NCBI RefSeq assembly: GCF_036971445.1 | Contig: NC_091480.1 | Location: forward strand, 89,466,001 to 89,530,000 | DNA length: 64,000 nucleotides | Reading direction: 5' to 3' | Source of the DNA: Narcine bancroftii | Lineage: Eukaryota | Shown here: piece after piece, positions 11,579 through 24,280 of the stretch | How positions within the stretch are numbered: the stretch's first letter is position 1 | Layout: each line of letters starts with the position of its first letter | Made by a program: the position numbers and the translations under genes | Notes under the pieces: generated by a model | Database searches by the model: none | Seen by the model: the letters and a program-made list of their open reading frames with translations, nothing else | What the model was told of the DNA's origin: nothing

Positions 11579-11829
11579 TGTGATAGTACATATCTATCAC
11601 CAATGTACATAGTGTATATAGTAGTGTATATAGTTACTGTATCTAGACTGTGCTTATAGCGATTGGCTGAGAGCTAAGCCACACCCATTACCTGGGCCTT
11701 AAAGGGCTGTGTCCCTAGCCAGGTCGGATCATTCCGGACTGGTCGGCCACCTGTGAAGAGCTCCGTCTTTTGCTAATAAAAGCCTTGGTTTGGATCAACA
11801 AGTCTTTGGTTCTTTCGACGAGCTCTACA
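11579..11829 (+). repeat. 3' LTR (251 bp)
   Basis: Identical to the 5' LTR except ctccgtc versus ctccggtc. Confidence 0.95.
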
Positions 11830-11834
11830 CCCTG

Positions 11835-12015
11835 TGCCACTGAGTGCTCATCTTTAGGCTCCTGTACCTTTTTCCCGAAGATAGCTGAGTGAAGAGGGCA
11901 TAGCCTGGGTGGTGGGGGTCTTTGAGGTTAGAAGCTGTTTTTTTAAGATACCACCTCATGTAGATGTCCTTGATGGAGTGAAGTCTGGTGTCCATGATGT
12001 CGCATGCTGAGTTAA
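11835..12015 (-). mobile_element. Rex1/Babar LINE fragment (right part of the host element)
   Basis: ORF 11825..12070 contains LHSIKDIY...LKDPHHPGYALFTQLSSGKRYRS. Confidence 0.75.
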
Positions 12016-12694
12016 CAGTGAAGGAGAGAATATGAAGAAGATGGGGAAGAAGGGATGAGTTAATACCCAAGGTATGAGGTCACAGTGTGAGGTCAACTCA
12101 TCTGCTTAAGCCTTCAGTACATACCATCCCATTCCCTTATTCCACCGCAACAGTCATCTTATGCTTCCTCTTTTGTTGATCACCACAACATGACCACAAG
12201 GACATGACAAAACAAACAACATATTAACACTTCAACTCATTTTCATGATATAAAAGGTTAAAGCATCACAAAATAGTGTAAATTGCCTGCATGCCTTTGC
12301 CTGACCGGTTGCTCCAAAGATATGGCTAGTTGAATCTGCAGATGTTTAGTGGAAGGGAGTACAGGGCAACCCTGAAGAGATCTGATCTTAGAAGGCCTCA
12401 CTTTGGCCTGCACTATCTCAACTCAAAGGGCAGCAGTTTGGGAAACGAATGAGCCACACTGAAGGTATTGTCAATGTGCTAGGGATTGAAGCCAAAATGA
12501 TGCCAAGAAAAGAAACCAAATTCAAAGCCTGTGGAGACATCGCCATCACAGAACCTCATTAACTGTTCTTTTTTTTAAAATGAAAGGACAAAACACACTT
12601 TAAATATCATGTATTCAAGCAATCAGGCACTGGGCAGCCACTGCAATGGAAGCTGAAACATCAAGCATGTAAATCTGTGATGATGATTGCTTAC

Positions 12695-13172
12695 CAGCCG
12701 CCACCACGTCAACCTTCCATCGAGAGCGTCCTAGCTGGCCGCATCACAACATGGAACAGTTGCTGCAGAGAAATGGATTGGAGGTCAATAGAAAGGAGTG
12801 GCAGAGTGGATGACTGGAGCCTCCCTTCTCCCCCAGCGATGTGATCTTCAGGATCGTTGACTGAAGAAGGCGTGCAAAATCGTTGGAGACCTCTTCCACC
12901 CTGCATGCAGCTGGTCCTGTCAGGAAAGAGATACAGGAGGATCAGAGCCAGCACCACCAGGCTGAGGAACCACAGGCAATGAGAATGCTGAATGAGCAAA
13001 GAAACTGCTCACACTAAACATCCGAGACTCTCATAATCATGAAACAATATTCATTTATTGTATATATGTATTGTTGTCTGATTGTGTGTCTGCATGTCTT
13101 GCACTGAGGACTGGAGAGCGCTGTTTCATTGGTTGTACTTGGGCAATCAGATGCTAATAAAATTGACTTGAT
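12695..13172 (+). mobile_element. Rex1/Babar LINE 3' fragment
   Basis: catcgagagcgtcctagctggc (IESVL)...tcaggaaagagatacaggagg (SGKRYR)...accaccaggctgaggaac, with an aataaaattgacttga tail. Confidence 0.7.
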
Positions 13173-13665
13173 TTATGCAGGTCTTGAAATGGTATAGCCC
13201 ACCACTTTCAAGCTGAAAATGTTTGCCAATATGCTAAGCATTTTGTTCTGCACATGAGAAAGAACTTCATCCCAATTAGTTGATGGAATTAAGTTAACCA
13301 TAGAAATGTAAGGATCCTCTTTCCATCTTACATTGCAATCTTCAATAGATGGCCTGTATTGTCTCTAGGTCTGACACCAGACTTCCAAAGTCAGCACAAA
13401 CAATCAGATAAGCTTGAAATAATCCAAAAAAAAACCCATCCCCAAACCCACCTGTCCTTCCTGTGAAGTCCATGTGGGATTCAGGGCCCACAGAACTGGA
13501 GCAGGGACAAGTCATCCTTGACTTTAGGGACTACGAGGAGAAATAATATCTCGGATTAACTTGTAATCTCATTGATCTATTTTCCAGTTCCACTCAATCC
13601 TTTCATTGGGCTATAGGGCTTGCAGCATACCATTCAAAAGATGTTGTGGAAAAATGAGATTTTTT

Positions 13666-13905
13666 TTTAGATATACATACAGCGTGGTAACAGGTCTTTC
13701 CAGCCCATGAGCCCGTGCCGTCCAATTACACCCAATTAACATTCAACCTCTATATATTTTGAAGAGTGGGAGGAAACTGAAGCACCCAGGGGAAACCCAC
13801 ACAGACATGGCAAGAACGTACAAACTCCTCGCAGACAGTGCCAGATTCGAACCTTGGGTTGCTGGCACTGTGACAGGGTTGTGATTACCACTGCACTAAC
13901 CTTAC
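13666..13905 (-). mobile_element. V-SINE (HE1-like)
   Basis: Same family as 309-563. Confidence 0.8.
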
Positions 13906-14067
13906 TCTGAACTGTGACATTGAATGTTAATTCCTTCTAAACAAACAATCTTAAATATGGGAAAAGCTGTACTGAGCAGAGAATATTAATAGGCTTGATT
14001 TTGCACCGTGAAGATGATGGATCTCTGCATTTGACATCACCACCTTGCATAGGAAGTTTGTAGAACC

Positions 14068-14320
14068 ACTGCCTCATAGCTCCAGTGGCCCAAGTTCAGT
14101 CCTGATCTCTGTGTGGAGTTTGCATTTTCCTACCGTGATGATGTGTGTTTCTTTTTGGTACTCCTGTATAACATGGTAGCTTGCTTGATCACTATAATTT
14201 CCCCAAGCACTGGTGGGGGTAGAATTGATAAGAATATAGAAAAGATAGATTACAGGGAAAATTAACAGGAGAATGGGCTTGTCCTATATGCTGGTATACA
14301 TTCAATGGGCTGAATGTCCT
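14068..14320 (+). mobile_element. older V-SINE copy
   Basis: cactgcctcatagctccag...ctgtgtggagtttgcattttcc is a V-domain core. Confidence 0.55.
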
Positions 14321-16529
14321 CATCAAATTTTGCAAGGAAATAACAGATAGAACCTTTAGGATTATTGTACATGCATTATGAACTTAAAGTTGTAATTTAT
14401 AATTTTCAATTGGGGAGCCAGAACTGTATCTTGAATTTGATCCCTCATGGAGAGCTCATTGTTGGAAAGGGAACTTGATGCAGATTCTTGACCCACAAAT
14501 TTACTCGTGACATTCTGATCTACACCACTGATCTAAAGCCTTGCACATCCAGAGCATCTCAGACATCACAGAAAACATCACCTTCCCACTGTACCTGTGA
14601 TAACCTCTGAGCCAGGAACATAAGTCGCGCTTCAACAATTCCATCTGCAGACAGCTGTTGTACTTTCTGCTTATTTCTGACATTGAATCACTGCTACCTT
14701 ACAGCGTGGCTGAAGAATGAGGCCGTACAATCACTTGTCCGACCAATGACCAAAAGAACTGCCCTTGGCTTTTCCAGTACTAACAATGAATGACAAATGA
14801 TGCTATCAAAATAAATGGTTTGCAATGGCATGCTGAGGAGGAAAATTGTGTAACTAGCTGTGCACCATATGTGGCCAGTTCACTTAATAACTTTAAATTG
14901 TTGCAATTTGTTATAAAGCTGTGAATAAAACATCAGATTTTGACAGTAATTCTGTCTGGTTAATAAATTACTACTGCAAAGAGGTTGCTTCATTCATAGC
15001 AATTTGTCTAAAGTTTGTTTACCAATAATAATTTATGAATTTTAATTGCATAAACTCTCATTGTTTGCCTCATATGAACTAATTCATGCATACATTGGAG
15101 AGTATGGCAAATTTAAAGATTCAAATTGTACTGCAATGGAATTGCATTGTCTAAATAGAATGTTCCTGCACAATATCCGATGCCTGATTTATTTATTTCT
15201 TTTGTCTGCCAGGTTTCTTCCCTTTTTCTTCCTTTGATTCATACGGAGACATACATCAACAAATTGCATCAGCCTTCCAAAATCTTGCAATACAGTTAGA
15301 AGGGAAAACTTGCTTGGCAATCGTGCCTTTCATTACCTCAGTATATCACAGCCAAGTGAGAACGTTCGTTATCATGTTGGAAAAATTGCAACCATTTTAT
15401 TCTTTGCCAAATCCCAGCCACACTCTGCTATAATGATACGATAATCTCATATTGTGATATTAATTGAGGGATACATATTGGTCTAGATATTGAAAGAAAC
15501 CCTTTTGTTCTTCTTCTTCAGGATGTCTTTCAGCTCCAATCGAGAGGACTTTATAGCTCCACTGCAAGATGAGTTTAGATATCAGCTTGGATTGGAATAC
15601 AGACATCTGGAGGTTGATTCTAAAAAGTCACAGGTATGTTTTGTTCTCATGACCAATTCTAAGATAACAACATAGATCTGCTCATAATTATAAATAATAT
15701 TTTGTTCACAGTAAATATCTTTAAAGAGTTGAAGGGGAAGTAATTTATCCTTGGGTCTACTGGTGATAAACGTACATCCAAATAGTGATTCCATTTGCCG
15801 ATCAAGATCATGAAACAAAATGCCTTTGCTTGTCCCAAAACCACATTCTTTTAATGTTTGTAGCCAAAGATGAATGGCGTTCATAGATAAATTGCCCCAA
15901 TGTTTATAACTAGTCCAACAGTAAGTCAATGCTGCTCACCAGCCATTCTCAGTTCCATCAATGCAAGGTCTTTGTTGGGATGCCTGCTGGCATTTTTCCA
16001 TACCTTGATGAAGGGGTCCACCCGAAAAGTCGGTTCTGCATCTTTACCGTTGCTATAAAAAGGACACAGCTTGACCTGATGAGTTTCTGTGGCATTGTGC
16101 CAGATTCATTTCCAAAATTTGCATACTATTCGAAGAGTTGGCATTTATTGATTAAAGAGTTTTGAAGTCCAACAAGTTTTGGATCATGAACTCAAATCAT
16201 CTACACTGGGTTAAAGCAGAATCATATGAGCATCTTATCATAATGAAGATTATTTTGCTCCATTGTAGCAAGGATAAAAGCCCAGATCTATATTTAATGA
16301 CATTTATAAAAAGAGATGAAACATGCCTTTCATAATCACTAAACATAGGGCTTTCAGTTGGTCTTAAATAATCTGATACACTGGTTGATTTTGGACTCCC
16401 TCAAATTTTCAATCGCAAGAGTACTCTTTGCTGTCAGATGGGTGCACAGCAACGGATCTTCTGAAAACTGGTTCTGTGTGATAATTCATTGTAAAGTTAT
16501 TGATATTATTCCAGCAATGTTATTGTTCA

Positions 16530-16750
16530 AAGTTCAGATTTATTGAGTATATACATGACATCACAAAGAACCTTGAGATTCTTTTCCCTGTTGGCAAGGC
16601 AGAATTACCACTTATTGGCAGTGCAAAAAAACCGTACGCTTGGAGATACATACACATGTAAACAAATAAAGAAATGTAAACAAACTGACTGCAATAGGAG
16701 AGAAGAAAATCAATAAAGTGCAAGAATAAAGGTCCTTATGAGTCCAAGCT
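16530..16750 (-). mobile_element. Rex1/Babar-type LINE 3' UTR
   Basis: Reverse complement of the 3' UTR at 4410-4625 (cagatttatt...gagattcttttccctg...gcagaattaccacttattgg). Confidence 0.6.
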
Positions 16751-16838
16751 TAAATGATTCTAGGGTTCTTGCTTCCATTATATAATCCAGGAGGCTCTGT
16801 GGCTTTTGGCCTTTGAGCCAGTTGCTAAATTTGCCCTC

Positions 16839-17090
16839 AAGATTCAAGATTCCCTTCTTGTCATGTAATAGTACGGAACATGTAATATTGCACAAAATTG
16901 CCTTCTGCCTGCCATAAGGCAGTCAGAGTTGCCATTCATGTCGCTCAGTGCCCTTTGTGAGAAAGAAGATCAAAAGAAAGTTCCTTCAGAGTCACTGGGT
17001 GACTGTGGATTCGCCTTCAGTGCTCTGACAGTCCCTGCAGCCGCACAGACCCCTGTTCGATTCACTGGTGCCTTGAGCTCTGTGCCCATA
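16839..17090 (-). mobile_element. 3' part of the non-autonomous (gaatctt)n-tailed retroelement family
   Basis: caagattcaagattccc...ttgtcatgtaata...cataaggcag, homologous to the start of 60667-61480. Confidence 0.6.
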
Positions 17091-17209
17091 TTTAAAGTGA
17101 TTTCCATAGATTAGCCACCATCCACACCCAGCGCCATTTTCATGGTTCCCATTCCGCCTTGCCTATAATTATGATTTCTTTTCAACAAGTGAAAAGCTGA
17201 AGATGATAG

Positions 17210-18270
17210 TTACCTGAAATAAAAACAGAACCTGCTGGAGAATACAATAGGTTTGGCAGCATCTGTGGAGAAAGGGAAAAGAGTCATGATCCCTGAGGAA
17301 AATTGAAAAACCTGTGAAAATGAACATTTTATCTTCAGAGAGGAAGAGCAGTTGAAGATTACTAAGGTAATGTCTATAATAGACTTCCCAGATAGAGAAA
17401 CACAGAAGATGTTGGTGCTCAGTTTTGAATACACATTAGTCAGAACTGTTCCGTGTGGTGGACTGTAAATGAAGAATGCAAGATGATGAAGGCAATGGAG
17501 AAAGAAAAAAAACCTTGAGATGCAGAGCACAGCAATGAAATAAAAGACATCTGGAAATACTCAGCACTATTTATGTCTATCTATGAATCTATGAAGAGAG
17601 AAAAAAATAAGTTAATGTCATAGGTGCATGACCTTACATCAGAAGTGGCCAGTTCTGACATAAACAGGAAAGATGGATATCTTAAATTGTTGAACTCATT
17701 ATTGAGTCTTAAGGGCTGCAGTGTGTCTAGATGGCAGGTGAGGTGATGTTCCTTGAGTTTATGCTGGACTTTACTGGAACAGATTTAGAAGACTAAAGGC
17801 TCAATGTGAGAATGGAATAGAGAATTAAAGTGACATTCAACTGGAAGCTCCCAATCGTGTTCTATAAGGTGGTCACCCCATCTAAAATAAATACTCATGA
17901 AAGGGTCTCATTCCTGAAATTATAACTCACACAATGTTCGCAAAATCCACTTGCCTTGCTGATATTTCCCTAATTTTCTGTTTTTATTTTAGACTTACAA
18001 TGTTTGCAGGGTTTTATTTCTGATTTTCAATTAAGCAACCTATGTTTGGTTTCTCCAATGAAGAGGATTCCACATCATGAGAATGAATGTACTACACTAG
18101 ATCTGTCGAACTGCAAGTGAGTTATTGCCTCTAATTAAGTCCCTTGATGACGGCAGCGGGGGTGTTAAAAAGGGCAGGTGTAACATCTCCCATTAGGAGA
18201 AGAGCTGAAATGGAAGACCAAAGTCGAGGTTCACAATACCACAAGCCCTTTGGAATGCTGATGTTGTAAA
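17210..18270 (-). mobile_element. degenerate Penelope-like element fragments
   Basis: The minus strand near 17700-17760 gives EHHLTCHLDTLQPLRLNNE, resembling the GIY-YIG C-terminal LEEQHLIFRLGTLQP.GLN motif. Terminal-repeat-like pieces flank it. Confidence 0.5.
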
Positions 18271-18729
18271 ATTTTCTTTGAGATGCAACCTTCAAATAAA
18301 ATTAATAGACAAATTTGTTCTGTTTTTTTTGTCACAAGTCTAATCCAAATCATCCTGTTTTTCATCCAGTATTAACCGTCTTTGTTATATTTAATGATGG
18401 AAATGGATATCTGAAAAGTGTTTCATCTTGCCATCCATGCCCTTTTTTCCCCTTATTTTCACTCTGTAAGGACTTTATCGATTGCTTCCCTGCCTTGGTT
18501 TGAATGCTCTGTACCAAGTTTTTGCAGGGTTAAAGCATATAAAAAAGACACATGGGTTCATAGGCCAGAAGGACCTGTTACTGAGCTGTATCTCTAATTT
18601 TAAAAAAAAAAGTGATTGGGTATTTTGATTATATTCCCCATTTGACTTTGGGAAAGCTTTGGGAAGAGAACATTTTATTTACAAATCATAATTTATTTGC
18701 ATAAATTGGGACCAAGAATGATTTATTTC

Positions 18730-19870
18730 CATTCCTGCTCTGTGGGTTCTGAGGTAACTAATGAGGCCAATGTGAGAATTGTGGACTCTTACACAGACAG
18801 TGCAGGTAATAACTGATTGGGGGGAACTGAGGTTGTTAATGTGTGGTTATAGGTTTCCTCCGTTGTATATGGTTATCATTGTCGATTGTATATATGGAGC
18901 TGGCCTGCCCACAGATGACTCATACCCTATGACTCCTCCCCCGTGGTCCTGGGCCACAAAGGTCGAGCCACCTTTCCCTTGCTGCCATTCCTATCCTGGG
19001 ATTCGGGCCAGCAAGGATCTTCTGTGTATTAAAGCCTATCGTTTCCTCAGCTTGTCTCTATGGTTACTGGTAGTGCCCTACAATGAGGTCTGATTTTTCA
19101 AGGCCTCCAAGTAGCCCTGAGGCATGGCTTCAAGGATAATATCATCCTGAATGGCTCTTCTCCATTTCGTGCAATCGTGGGTCATGGATTCCAAGGTGGC
19201 AGTGGGGATGTTGCTCTTCTAAGGCTCTGAGAATATTATTGAATCTTGTCCGCCGTCCATTTACCATGATTAAACTCTTTTACAGGTCTCTGCAGTTGGA
19301 CACGTGAACGACATGCCAGGGAACACTAGAATTGATTTCCTTATCCTTGTAGTAAGTTTCTATAGAGACAGGGTAATGGTGACATTTAGTGCCTCGAGAT
19401 GCCGGTTGTATGCAGTTCAGGACGCAGAAGCATAAAGTAGGGCAGAGATTACTGTTGTGAATAGAGCTTCACATCGCATCTGAGGTCTTGATCTGCAAAT
19501 ATATCTTCCTCAATTGACCAAAGGCTGCATTGGAGATTTGAAGATGATGGTAAATTTCACTGGTTTTACCAAGTAGTAGCTCCTGAGATATGGGAAGGGT
19601 TCATGTTTCCTCAGGTCTCATTATGATCCTGAATGCAGTGCAGCAAGGGCACGCTGAGAGATTTAGAGTCTACGGCTCGCCTTTAAAAGCATCATTGATG
19701 CCATCGATGATGGCTTAAGCTCACCCTCAGAACAGGTGCAAACTCGAGCCCTATCTGCATAACACTGTTCAAGTACTGAGGTAACCTGGAGTGTTGTCAC
19801 CATTGGACTAGCAGCATACTGTCAGTTCAGAAGATTAGCTTTACCTCTGCATGATGTTCATTTGAGCTGA
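18730..19870 (-). mobile_element. old RTE LINE remnant interrupted by a solo LTR
   Basis: The minus strand shows a decayed YADD-region (tatgcagatagggctcgagtttgc) near 19750 and C-terminal CTVCVRVHNSHIGLISYLRTH near 18740-18803. Confidence 0.6.
18833..19083 (+). mobile_element. solo LTR (251 bp), second family
   Basis: ttgttaatgtg...gtgccctacaa flanked by TGAGG on both sides (18828-18832, 19084-19088). ATTAAA followed by gcct sits at the same relative position as AATAAAAGCCT in the 9326 LTR. Confidence 0.7.
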
Positions 19871-22260
19871 GAGGAGGGAGGCAACACGAGAGGAAGAAAA
19901 AGGTAAAAAATCATAGGGTCGATAATGATGACTTATTTAAGAGCGGTATTCACTGAGAATCCCTTTGATGTGGATCAATTGTCAATAGCAACTCTGAATG
20001 CCACCATGGAGACAAAATGGAGACAAACTTCTGAATAAATAAACTTAATAGCAATATTAATTAATAACCACACACACAAATAGAGAGCATAATTTTATGA
20101 AATAAAACCAACCTGTATTCAACATCACCAACATCAACTTTTACATGTGTAAAACTTCAGGAGGAACACACGAACACATGGTTTTACACAGACTTGAGAT
20201 GAAAGAGGATTTACAGCCCATTCTATGAAATTATCATTTTTTTATATAAGAAAAGATACAAAAGGGATCTTCCAACACATCTAAATACATCATTGATACC
20301 TACAAATGGCCAAATTCACCTTGCTTGAGAATTGATGATTATAAGGCCTTTGGCATCATTCAGAATGCTTTTTTTAAGATATGCCATGGGATAGATTGTG
20401 CTGCCATAACACTTTCTGGTGCTCCGTGAAGAGTATCTTTCCAATGGCCATCTATACAGAATGGGTTAAACTTCATGAAAAGATGCAGGTAATAAAATTT
20501 CAAGACAAAAACTGGATCCAATTTATCAGGCGAAAGAGATCTGACATTAATTCACTTAAAAAGTGCTTCCCTTTTCATTTCAATTATATTTTATTAATCT
20601 TATTTCTCGATCACTATCTTTCAGAGTTTCTGAAGCATTGTGCTCTCCGCCTGACAATGAATTAACATTTGGCTCCAAGCCCATTCCATGTTGGATTCAG
20701 AATGTCAGCCTGTGATCAGTGATTCATATCTGTATCATCTTTCCTGGTGTGTTTGAAGAAATTGAGGGTGTTAACCCTTCGCCGTGCCAATCTCTTTCCA
20801 CTCATGATGTTCATGCAATGGCTTTTGACTCCTGGCTGGGAGCCCCTTGCTATTAAAGTCAGCACAGGACAATACTTGGGGAGCAGGTACTGTTCAAGCC
20901 TATACTCCAAGTGTGACAAGATTTTGATCATGGCAGCATCTATTATGCCAAGATCATGCTAATGGTCACTGTTCTGTTGTTGTCCTGTAGGTAGTTCTCA
21001 GCCGACTTTGCTCTTGGGCAAGAGAAAGCAGAAGAATGCAAGGAAGCGTAAAAAAACATCGTTTTGGAGTTAGATCATTTGAAAAGTAGTTACCCCAGCC
21101 AATATAATATGTGAATATGATATGACCCCAATTGCACTCAATTCCATCTTGTTTACAGCCTGATTATTAACGCATGCTTGAAGGTCTACAAATGAGTGCC
21201 ATTAGTGAAAATTCCCAAAGGTGGGTCATTAAATCTATAGAGGCAGAGCTTGGCTTGTGGGAGGAGTCTGCTCTCAATGCAGTGCAAACATGTACAGCTG
21301 AATGCAAACTGCTTAAAATTCCCCAAAATTTTGCACAATTCTAATGAAAAATGGAATCAAATGGAATCTTCATTCCATTATTTTGAGCAGCTTCTATCAA
21401 AGTAAGTAAAAAAATACTGACCAAGGAATTAGAAGGTAGATTTCAGAAAAGGTGAGGCTTGAATTCTTTTTATAACCGTCTCTGTAATTACCTTGTATTT
21501 ACAGATCTCTGCTTATCGAATAATCCTTTGGACAAATAAAAGGTTTTTAACATATATATAAATTTTAAATCTCAGGAATGCAGCCACTAGCCTTGAATAA
21601 TGCTGAAATTTACAACAAAAAAGAACACACTGTATATGGGAGAATGCCTTTTCATGCAAATGAACCTGGCCATCCAGTTTAGCAAATTCCCCTTAAAATC
21701 CAACCATAGCTGCCAAATTGTAATGAAAGATCAAAGAAAGTTGAGACATAGAAGAAAGTGCCTAAAGTCGAACCCTGGCATCGTTGGACACCAGGAAAGA
21801 ACACAAACAGAAATATTCATTGTAATAAGTTAGGGATGAAGTCCATTAGCAACATTATGGTTTGATCAGAAACTCCTTGCACTGACCTAAAAAGAAACAG
21901 GCTGGAGTAAATTAGATGAACTTGAGAGTATTTATTACTTATTCACAGGTTGTAGAAATTGGTGGTAAGTCAGTAGTTTTGTGTCTGCTCATGAGTGATC
22001 CCTGAACTTGGTACATGGCTAGATCATTTACGACAGTTTTTTAAAGGCCAAACACAATTATGGAGTCTGAAGTCATAAGTAAGCCAAACAATACATAGAA
22101 GTGATGAAGGAACTCAGCAGGCCATCCATGGAAGGCAACAGGCAGTTGACATTTCAAGCCCAAGCACTTCATCAGAAATGCCAAAGATCGGGCAAACACC
22201 CTAATGAGAAGGTGGAGGCGGTGGGGGGGGGGGGGGGGGTGGGGAATGTGGGGGTGAGGG

Positions 22261-23051
22261 TGTTGAATGTGGAGGAAACATGACCTCTCTGTCTGTCTAG
22301 AATGTGTATAATGCAGGTAGTCACGTGTCCTCCCCATCTGAAGCTTATTCGGAAGTCACGTCACCTGTCAATCAAGGTTGGAAGCCGTCCACCCATTAGC
22401 CCACACCTCGCTGTTGGGTAATTTAAATCACCTTGGGTCATTATTGACTAGAAGCACAGATTAACACTGTCCACGCTGCAGAAGATCCAGCTGCGCTGGG
22501 TGGGTCACGTCTCCAGAATGGAGGACCATCGCCTTCCCAAGATCGTGTTATATGGCGAGCTCTCCACTGGCCACCGTGACAGAGGTGCACCAAAGAAAAG
22601 GTACAAGGACTGCCTAAAGAAATCTCTTGGTGCCTGCCCCATTGACCACCGCCAGTGGGCTGATCTCGCCTCAAACCGTGCATCTTGGCGCCTCACAGTT
22701 CGGCGGGCAGCAACCTCCTTTGAAGAAGACCGCAGAGTCCACCTCACTGACAAAAGACAAAGGAGGAAAAACCCAACACCCAACCCCAACCCACCAATTT
22801 TCCCTTGCAACCGCTGCAACCGTGCCTGCCTGTCCCGCATCGGACTTGTCAGTCACCAACGAGCCTGCAGCAGACGTGGACATACCCCTCCATAAATCTT
22901 CGTCCGCGAAGCCAAGCCAAAGAAAAAAAAGAATCAAGTACAATTTAACATTCTCCCCATGTGTTAATTAAAGTTACATGTGATTGTAACACTGTGTCCG
23001 GACTCATCTCTCTGTGAAACCACCGAACCTGGTACTCTTCTCAACATGACA
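22261..23051 (+). mobile_element. solo LTR (about 330 bp net), third family, interrupted by an RTE
   Basis: tgttgaatg...caacatgaca has TG/CA ends and the 5-bp TSD GAGGG (22256-22260, 23052-23056). A TATA-like atttaaat precedes the RTE and ATTAAA follows it. Confidence 0.65.
22469..22932 (+). mobile_element. RTE LINE, 5'-truncated
   Basis: ORF 22500..22895 (GHVSRMEDHRLPKIVLYGEL...) followed by the standard 3' tail. Confidence 0.9.
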
Positions 23052-23487
23052 GAGGGGAAGTGGGCGAGAGCACAGGCTTGCAGGAGGGACGGGAAGAAAA
23101 GGAGCTAAGTGGTGATAGGGGAATGGGGCAGAGAGCTGAGGAGGATAGAAAGGAGGTGTGGAGCTGATGTAGGCAATAGGCAGGGGAAGAGAAGGAATGG
23201 AAGGAGGTGTGGAGCCAGAGGAAGAAAGGGACAGGTGTATAGGCAATGGGCAGGAGCATGAGGGAAAGTAGGGGGAAGAGAAAAAAGAGAAAGTGTGGGA
23301 AGCATTACTGGATATTGGAATAGGGGATATTAGTTCCATGTGGTTGGAAATTTCTAAGACAGAATATGTATTGTTCTTCCAATATACATGTGGCCTCAAC
23401 CTGGCAGTGCATGAGTGTGGGGATGAGATTTGGAATTGGCGGCTGGCTGAAGTGAATCGAGATGGAATTGAATGTGGAATACTCAAA

Positions 23488-23865
23488 TTTCAGACATCAG
23501 ATTTATTGTCATGACATCACATACAACCCTGAGATTTGTTTTCCTTTGGGCGAAGCAGAATTACCACTTAATGGTAATGCAAAAAAAAAACTGTACACAA
23601 TGCACACATGTAAACGAATAAAGAAATGTAAATAAAGGACTGCAAAATAGAGTGAAAAAACAACAATGAATGATTTGCAGAAGTCAGAGCACTTAAGTGG
23701 GTCTCTGATTGAGTTTGTTATTGCGGAGTCTGGTGGCGGAGGGGGAGCGACTGTTCTTGAACCTGGTGGTGTGAGTCATGTGGCACCTCGACCTCTTTCC
23801 TGATGGTAGCAGCGAGAGACAGAGTGTGGGCTGGGTGATGTGGATCCTTGATAAATGCTGCTACT
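23488..23865 (-). mobile_element. Rex1/Babar LINE 3' end
   Basis: cagatttattgtcatgacatcacatacaaccctgagat...ctgttcttgaacctggtggtgtgagtc. Confidence 0.65.
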
Positions 23866-24280
23866 CACACTTATACTTGAGTAAACATCAACAATATTTA
23901 ACAATGATCCAATTCATTAATATATCTCAATGTGCTTGTTCATCTGAAACTATGAAGAAAATTTTTAAAACCTAGTGAACAAACAACTTTATGTGTCCAA
24001 TTATTGCTAGGTCATAAATGTTGCTTGATCTACGTAAGCTGCTCAGTCAAGGATCTTACAAAATCTTGGATAAATTCTGACACTAATGATCCTACTTACT
24101 AAAGCATTTTTAAGCACTAAATCTCAAAACATAATTACGCTCGTAAGATTCAATGAGAACCTTGATGCCATCTTTAAAAAGTGATGCAATTTTTAAAAAG
24201 ATTGAACAAAAAGCACATGGGTGAAAATTAACTAAATAGATTGTGGGAGACCTTGTTCTGTTAAGAGGATAACATGGAAA

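Larger units (their letters stand above)
9326..11829 (+). mobile_element. Gypsy/Metaviridae LTR retrotransposon, internally deleted (gag plus 3' half of integrase)
   Basis: LTRs at 9326-9577 and 11579-11829 have TG...CA ends and differ by one G. The 5-bp TSD CCCTG is at 9321-9325 and 11830-11834. A polypurine tract aagaaggggtgaa precedes the 3' LTR, and gag and integrase motifs lie inside. Confidence 0.95.
22095..23485 (-). mobile_element. Penelope-like element 3' region (interrupted at 22261-23051)
   Basis: The minus strand near 23330-23410 gives HCQVEATCILEEQYI, followed after a frameshift by LRNFQPHGTNI. A pyrimidine-rich 3' tract follows, and a hammerhead-like core lies at 22148-22175. 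Confidence 0.6.

Noticed and set aside
20991-21073. Possible terminal exon after tgtcctgtag encoding a basic peptide (KRKQKNARKRKK)
   Set aside because: There is no upstream partner exon or recognisable homology, and purine-rich sequence explains the composition.
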